DNA from: Eledone cirrhosa
Taxonomy: Eukaryota
DNA: 64,000 bases
Direction: 5' to 3'
Assembly (NCBI GenBank): GCA_964016885.1
Contig: OZ024743.1
Coordinates: 220,348,001-220,412,000 of the forward strand
Shown: in pieces, positions 55,996 through 64,000 of the stretch
Layout of the letters: every line of letters starts with the position of its first letter
Position numbering within the stretch: position 1 is the stretch's first letter
Notes under the pieces: generated by a model
Database searches by the model: none
Seen by the model: only the letters and a program-made list of their open reading frames with translations
Told to the model about the DNA's origin: nothing
Program-made: the position numbers and the translations under genes

Positions 55996-56122
55996 TCTGA
56001 AGACAGCATATATATGGGTAGGTATGTATATTTCCTCTGAGAGTTTGTAAAATTTTTACATAGATCTATATGATATACATACCAACACACACATATATAT
56101 CCTAGAAACGATCGTAAAATGA
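55991..56122 (+). ncRNA. Type I HHR of the PLE 3' terminal region
   Basis: ttattt-CTGAAGA-cAGcATATATATG...CATATATATcCTa-GAAA-CGATCG-TA-aaatga; ACGATCGT palindrome. Confidence 0.78.
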
Positions 56123-56388
56123 TGAATTTTTTAATATAAGGAACTGTTTCTTTGTTTTTATTCATTGTTTTTATTAATTTATATATATATATATATAAAT
56201 ATAAATAGCTATCGTTGCCATTATTGTTGATGATGATGGTTGTTGTTGTTGTTGTTGTTGTTGTTCTTAATGTTGATAGTGGTAACAGTGTTAATAGTGC
56301 TGGTAGTGGTATTGGTGTTGTTGCTGATGGTAGTGGTCAAGGTGGAGGAGGTGTAGGTTGCAGTGTTGTTATTGATGGAATTACTGTT

Positions 56389-59300
56389 TATTAATGTATA
56401 ATAACTGTTTCTACTTTAGGTACAAGGCCAGCAATTACCCAGTACATTAATATATAATAACTGTTTCTACTTTAGGTACAAGGCCAGCAATTACGCAGTG
56501 TATTAATGTATAATAACTGTTTCTACTTTAGGTACAAGGCCAGCAATTACCCAGTGTATTAATGTATAATAACTGTTTCTACTTTAGGTACAAGGCCATC
56601 AATTACCCAGTGTATTAATGTATAATAACTGTTTCTACTTCAGGTACATGGCCAGCAATTACCCATTGTATTAATGTATAATAACTGTTTCTAATTTAGG
56701 TACAAGGCCAGCAATTACCCAGTGTATTAATGTATAATAACTGTTTCTACTTTAGTTTCAAGGCCAGCAATTACCCAGTGTATTAATGTATAATAACTGT
56801 TTCTAATTTAGGTACAAGGCCAGCAATTACCCAGTGTATTAATGTATAATAACTGTTTCTACTTTAGGTACAAGGCCAGCAATTACCCAGTGTATTAATG
56901 TATAATAACTGTTTCTACTTTAGGTACAAGGCCAGCAATTACCCAGTGTATTAATGTATAATAACTGTTTCTACTTTAGTTTCAAGGCCAGCAATTACCC
57001 AGTGTATTAATGTATAATAACTGTTTCTACTTTAGGTACAAGGCCAGCAATTACCCAGTGTATTAATGTATAATAACTGTTTCTACTTTAGGTACAAGGC
57101 CAGCAATTACCCAGTACATTAATGTATAATAACTGTTTCTACTTTAGGTACAAGGCCAGCAATTACGCAGTGTATTAATGTATAATAACTGTTTCTACTT
57201 TAGGTACAAGGCCAGCAATTACGCAGTGTATTAATGTATAATAACTGTTTCTACTTTAGGTACAAGGCCAGCAATTACGCAGTGTATTAATGTATAATAA
57301 CTGTTTCTACTTTAGGTACAAGGCCAGCAATTACCCAGTGTATTAATGTATAATAACTGTTTCTACTTTAGGTACAAGGCCAGCAATTACCCAGTGTATT
57401 AATGTATAATAACTGTTTCTACTTTAGGTACAAGGCCAGCAATTACCCAGTGTATTAATGTATAATAACTGTTTCTACTTTAGGTACAAGGCCAGCAATT
57501 ACCCAGTGTATTAATGTATAATAACTGTTTCTACTTTAGTTTCAAGGCCAGCAATTACCCAGTGTATTAATGTATAATAACTGTTTCTACTTTAGGTACA
57601 AGGCCAGCAATTACCCAGTGTATTAATGTATAATAACTGTTTCTACTTTAGGTACAAGGCCAGCAATTACCCAGTGTATTAATGTATAATAACTGTTTCT
57701 ACTTTAGGCACAAGGCCAGCAATTACCCAGTGTATTAATGTATAATAACTGTTTCTACTTTAGGTACAAGGCCAGGAATTACCCAGTACATTAATGTATA
57801 ATAACTGTTTCTACTTTAGGTACAAGGCCAGCAATTACCCAGTGTATTAATGTATAATAACTGTTTCTACTTTAGGTACAAGGCCAGCAATTACCCAGTG
57901 TATTAATGTATAATAACTGTTTCTACTTTAGGTACAAGGCCAGGAATTACCCAGTACATTAATGTATAATAACTGTTTCTACTTTAGGTACAAGGCCAGC
58001 AATTACCCAGTAAATTAATGTATAATAACTGTTTCTACTTTAGGTACAAGGCCAGCAATTACCCAGTGTATTAATGTATAATAACTGTTTCTACTTTAGG
58101 TACAAGGCCAGCAATTACCCAGTGTATTAATGTATAATAACTGTTTCTACTTCAGGTACAAGGCCAGCAATTACCCAGTGTATTAATGTATAATAACTGT
58201 TTCTACTTTAGGTACAAGGCCAGCAAATACCCAGCGTATTAATGTATAATAACTGTTTCTACTTTAGGTACAAGGCCAGCAATTACCCAGTGTATTAATG
58301 TATAATAACTGTTTGTACTCTGGGTACAAGGCCAGCAATTGCGCAGTGTATTAATGTATAATAACTGTTTCTACTTTAGGTACAAGGCCAGCAATTACCC
58401 AGTGTATCAATGTATAATAACTGTTTCTACTTTAGGTACAAGGCCATCAATTACCCAGTGTATTAATGTATAATAACTGTTTCTACTTTAGGTACAAGGC
58501 CAGCAATTACCCAGTGTATCAATGTATAATAACTGTTTCTACTTTAGGTACAAGGCCAGCAATTACCCAGTGTATTAATGTATAATAACTGTTTCTACTT
58601 TAGGCACAAGGCCAGCAATTACCCAATGTATTAATGTATAATAACTGTTTCTACTTCAGGTACAAGGCCAGCAATTACCCAGTGTATCAATGTATAATAA
58701 CTGTTTCTACTTTAGGTACAAGGCCAGCAATTACCCAGTACATTAATGTATAATAACTGTTTCTACTTTAGGTACAAGGCCAGCAATTACCCAGTGTATT
58801 AATGTATAATAACTGTTTCTACTTTAGCTACAAGGCCATCAATTACCCAGTACATTAATGTATAATAACTGTTTCTACTTTAGGTACAAGGCCAGCAATT
58901 ACCCAGTGTATTAATGTATAATAACTGTTTCTACTTTAGGTACAAGGCCATCAATTACCCAGTACATTAATGTATAATAACTGTTTCTACTTTAGGTACA
59001 AGGCCAGCTATTACCCAGTACATTAATGTATAATAACTGTTTCTACTTTAGGTACAAGGCCAGCAATTACCCAGTGTACTAATGTATAATAATTGTTTCT
59101 ACTTTAGGTACAAGGCCAGCAATTACCCACTACATTAATGTATAATAACTGTTTCTACTTTAGGTACAAGGCCTGCAATTACCCAGCGTATTAATGTATA
59201 AAAACTGTTTCTACTTTAGGTACAAGGCCAGCAATTACCCAGTGTATTAATGTATAATAACTGTTTCTACTTTAGGTACAAGGCCAGCAATTACCCAGTG

Positions 59301-62300
59301 TATTAATGTATAATAACTGTTTCTACTTTAGGTACAAGGCCTGCAATTACCCAGCGTATTAATGTATAATAACTGTTTCTACTTTAGGTACAAAGCCAGC
59401 AATTACCCAGTGTATTAATGTATAATAACTGTTTCTACTTTAGGTACAAGGCCAGCAATTACCCAGTGTATTAATGTATAATAACTGTTTCTACTTTAGG
59501 TACAAGGCCAGCAATTACCCAGTGTATTAATGTATAATAACTGTTTCTACTTTAGGTACAAGGCCAGTAATTACCCAGTACATTAATGTATAAAAACTGT
59601 TTCTACTTTAGGTACAAGGCCAGCAATTACCCAGTGTATTAATGTATAATAACTGTTTCTACTTTAGGTACAAGGCCTGCAATTACCCAGCGTATTAATG
59701 TATAATAACTGTTTCTACTTTAGGTACAAGGCCAGCAATTACCCAGTGTATTAATGTATAATAACTGTTTCTACTTTAGGTACAAGGCCAGCAATTACCC
59801 AGTGTATTAATGTATAATAACTGTTTCTAATTTAGGTACAAGGCCAGCAATTACCCAGTGTATTAATGTATAATAACTGTTTCTACTTTAGGTACAAGGC
59901 CAGCAATTACCCAGTGTATTAATGTATAATAACTGTTTCTACTTTAGGTACAAAGCCAGCAATTACCCAGTGTATTAATGTATAATAACTGTTTCTACTT
60001 TAGGTACAAAGCCAGCAATTACCCAGTGTATTAATGTATAATAACTGTTTCTACTTTAGGCACAAGGCCAGCAATTACCCAGTACATTAATGTATAATAA
60101 CTGTTTCTACTTTAGGTACAAGGCCAGCAATTACCCAGTACATTAATGTATAATAACTGTTTCTACTTTAGGTACAAGGCCAGCAATTACCCAGTACATT
60201 AATGTATAATAACTGTTTCTACTTTAGGTACAAGGCCAGCAATTACCCAGTACATTAATGTATAATAACTGTTTCTACTTTAGGTACAAGGCCAGCAATT
60301 ACCCAGTACATCAATGTATAATAACTGTTTCTACTTTAGGTACAAGGCCAGCAATTACCCAGTACATTAATGTATAATAACTGTTTCTACTTTAGGCACG
60401 AGGCCAGCAATTACCCAGTACATTAATGTATAATAACTATTTCTACTTCAGGTACAAGGCCAGCAATTACCCAGTGTATTAATGTATAATAACTGTTTCT
60501 ACTTTAGGTACAAGGCCAGCAATTACCCAGTGTATTAATTTATAATAACAGTTTCTACTTTAGGTACAAGGCCAGCAATTACCCAGTACATTAATGTATA
60601 ATAACTGTTTCTACTTTAGGTACAAGGCCAGCAATTACACAGTACATTAATGTATAATAACTATTTCTACTTTAGGTACAAGGCCAGCAATTACCCAGTG
60701 TATTAATGTATAATAACTGTTTCTACTTTAGGTACAAGGCCAGCAATTACCCAGTGTATTACTGTATAATAACTGTTTCTACTTTAGGTTAAAGGCCAGC
60801 AATTACCCAGTGTATTAATGTATAATAACTGTTTCTAATTTAGGTACAAGGCCAGCAATTACCCAGTGTATCAATGTATAATAACTGTTTCTACTTTAGG
60901 TACAAGGCCAGCAATTACCCAGTACATTAATGTATAATAACTGTTTCTACTTTAGGTACAAGGCCAGCAATTACCCAGTGTATTAATGTATAATAACTGT
61001 TTCTACTTTAGGTACAAGGCCAGCAATTACCCAGTGTATTAATGTATAATAACTGTTTCTACTTTAGGTACAAGGCCAGCAATTACCCAGTGTATTAATG
61101 TATAATAACTGTTTCTACTTTAGGTTAAAGGCCAGCAATTACCCAGTGTATTAATGTATAATAACTGTTTCTACTTTAGGTACAAGGCCAGCAATTACCC
61201 AGTGTATTAATGTATAATAACTGTTTCTACTTTAGGTTAAAGGCCAGCAATTACCCAGTGTATTAATGTATAATAACTGTTTCTAATTTAGGTACAAGGC
61301 CAGCAATTACCCAGTGTATCAATGTATAATAACTGTTTCTACTTTAGGTACAAGGCCAGCAATTACCCAGTACATTAATGTATAATAACTGTTTCTACTT
61401 TAGGTACAAGGCCAGCAATTACCCAGTGTATTAATGTATAATAACTGTTTCTACTTTAGGTACAAGGCCAGCAATTACCCAGTGTATTAATGTATAATAA
61501 CTGTTTCTACTTTAGGTACAAGGCCAGCAATTACCCAGTGTATTAATGTATAATAACTGTTTCTACTTTAGGTACAAGGCCAGCAATTACCCAGTGTATT
61601 AATGTATAATAACTGTTTCTACTTTAGGTACAAGGCCAGCAATTACCCAGTGTATTAATGTATAATTACTGTTTCTACTTTAGGTACAAGGCCAGCAATT
61701 ACCCAGTGTATTAATGTATAATAACTGTTTCTACTTTAGGTACAAGGCCAGCAATTACCCAGTGTATTAATGTATAATAACTGTTTCTACTTTAGGTACA
61801 AGGCCAGCAATTACCCAGTACATTAATGTATAATAACTGTTTCTACTTTAGGTACAAGGCCAGCAATTACCCAGTGTATTAATGTATAATAACTGTTTCT
61901 ACTTTAGGTACAAGGCCAGCAATTACCCAGTGTATTAATGTATAATTACTGTTTCTACTTTAGGTACAAGGCCAGCAATTACCCAGTGTATTAATGTATA
62001 ATAACTGTTTCTACTTTAGGTACAAGGCCAGCAATTACCCAGTGTATTAATGTATAATAACTGTTTCTACTTCAGGTACATGGCCAGCAATTACCCATTG
62101 TATTAATGTATAATAACTGTTTCTACTTTAGATACAAGGCCAGCAATTACCCAGTGTATTAATGTATAATAACTGTTTCTACTTTAGATACAAGGCCAGC
62201 AATTACCCAGAGTATTAATGTATAATAACTGTTTCTACTTTAGGTACAAGGCCAGCAATTACCCAGTGTATTAATGTATAATAACTGTTTCTACTTTAGG

Positions 62301-64000
62301 TACAAGGCCAGCAATTACCCAGTAAATTAATGTATAATAATTGTTTCTACTTCAGGTACAAGGCCAGCAATTACCCAGTGTATTAATGTATAATAACTGT
62401 TTCTACTTTAGGTACAAGGCCAGCAATTACCCAGTGTATTAATGTATAATAACTGTTTCTACTTTAGGTACAAGGCCATCAATTACCCAGTACATTAATG
62501 TATAATAACTGTTTCTACTTTAGGTACAAGGCCAGCTATTACCCAGTACATTAATGTATAATAACTGTTTCTACTTTAGGTACAAGGCCAGCAATTACCC
62601 AGTGTACTAATGTATAATAATTGTTTCTACTTTAGGTACAAGGCCAGCAATTACCCACTACATTAATGTATAATAACTGTTTCTACTTTAGGTACAAGGC
62701 CTGCAATTACCCAGCGTATTAATGTATAAAAACTGTTTCTACTTTAGGTACAAGGCCAGCAATTACCCAGTGTATTAATGTATAATAACTGTTTCTACTT
62801 TAGGTACAAGGCCAGCAATTACCCAGTGTATTAATGTATAATAACTGTTTCTACTTTAGGTACAAGGCCTGCAATTACCCAGCGTATTAATGTATAATAA
62901 CTGTTTCTACTTTAGGTACAAAGCCAGCAATTACCCAGTGTATTAATGTATAATAACTGTTTCTACTTTAGGTACAAGGCCAGCAATTACCCAGTGTATT
63001 AATGTATAATAACTGTTTCTACTTTAGGTACGAGGCCAGCAATTACCCAGTGTATTAATGTATAATAACTGTTTCTACTTTAGGTACAAGGCCAGTAATT
63101 ACCCAGTACATTAATGTATAAAAACTGTTTCTACTTTAGGTACAAGGCCAGCAATTACCCAGTGTATTAATGTATAATAACTGTTTCTACTTTAGGTACA
63201 AGGCCTGCAATTACCCAGCGTATTAATGTATAATAACTGTTTCTACTTTAGGTACAAGGCCAGCAATTACCCAGTGTATTAATGTATAATAACTGTTTCT
63301 ACTTTAGGTACAAGGCCAGCAATTACCCAGTGTATTAATGTATAATAACTGTTTCTAATTTAGGTACAAGGCCAGCAATTACCCAGTGTATTAATGTATA
63401 ATAACTGTTTCTACTTTAGGTACAAGGCCAGCAATTACCCAGTGTATTAATGTATAATAACTGTTTCTACTTTAGGTACAAAGCCAGCAATTACCCAGTG
63501 TATTAATGTATAATAACTGTTTCTACTTTAGGTACAAGGCCAGCAATTACCCAGTGTATCAATGTATAATAACTGTTTCTACTTTAGGTACAAGGCCAGC
63601 AATTACCCAGTACATTAATGTATAATAACTGTTTCTACTTTAGGCACGAGGCCAGCAATTACCCAGTACATTAATGTATAATAACTATTTCTACTTCAGG
63701 TACAAGGCCAGCAATTACCCAGTGTATTAATGTATAATAACTGTTTCTACTTTAGGTACAAGGCCAGCAATTACCCAGTGTATTAATTTATAATAACAGT
63801 TTCTACTTTAGGTACAAGGCCAGCAATTACCCAGTACATTAATGTATAATAACTGTTTCTACTTTAGGTACAAGGCCAGCAATTACCCAGTACATTAATG
63901 TATAATAACTATTTCTACTTTAGGTACAAGGCCAGCAATTACCCAGTGTATTAATGTATAATAACTGTTTCTACTTTAGGTACAAGGCCAGCAATTACCC
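56389..64000. repeat. 56-bp satellite (~136 copies, runs off the window)
   Basis: Unit tattaatgtataataactgtttctactttaggtacaaggccagcaattacccagtg; highly homogeneous. Confidence 0.98.

Noticed and set aside
56389-64000. CRISPR-like regular array
   Set aside because: No unique spacers, no cas genes and a eukaryotic context; it is a pure tandem satellite.

Overview
AT-rich, microsatellite-saturated animal genomic DNA; the SINE families and (TA)n/(CA)n density suggest an octopus or other cephalopod (inference). The only host gene is a minus-strand clan-2 cytochrome P450 with four visible exons (37218-36993, 32819-32524, 29384-28944, 12744-12491); its N-terminal exons were not found in the window. 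The rest is repeats: a decayed Tx1/L1-type LINE (37561-42830), RTE-LINE 3' fragments, a decayed Penelope-like element (PLE; RT + GIY-YIG, 53405-56180), many tRNA-derived SINEs, Tc1/mariner/pogo MITEs and a 56-bp satellite built from a SINE tail (56389-end). The main hidden signal, read by hand, is about 25 type I hammerhead ribozyme (HHR) motifs from more than 10 unrelated small non-coding elements. Most sit in (TA)n tracts and have fold-back ends. They include a ~543-bp tandem array with one HHR per unit (a retrozyme-like candidate circular RNA), several motifs with the compensatory U3-A8 core, and an HHR in the 3' region of the PLE that plausibly mobilises them. Ribozyme activity and expression are not shown by the sequence.
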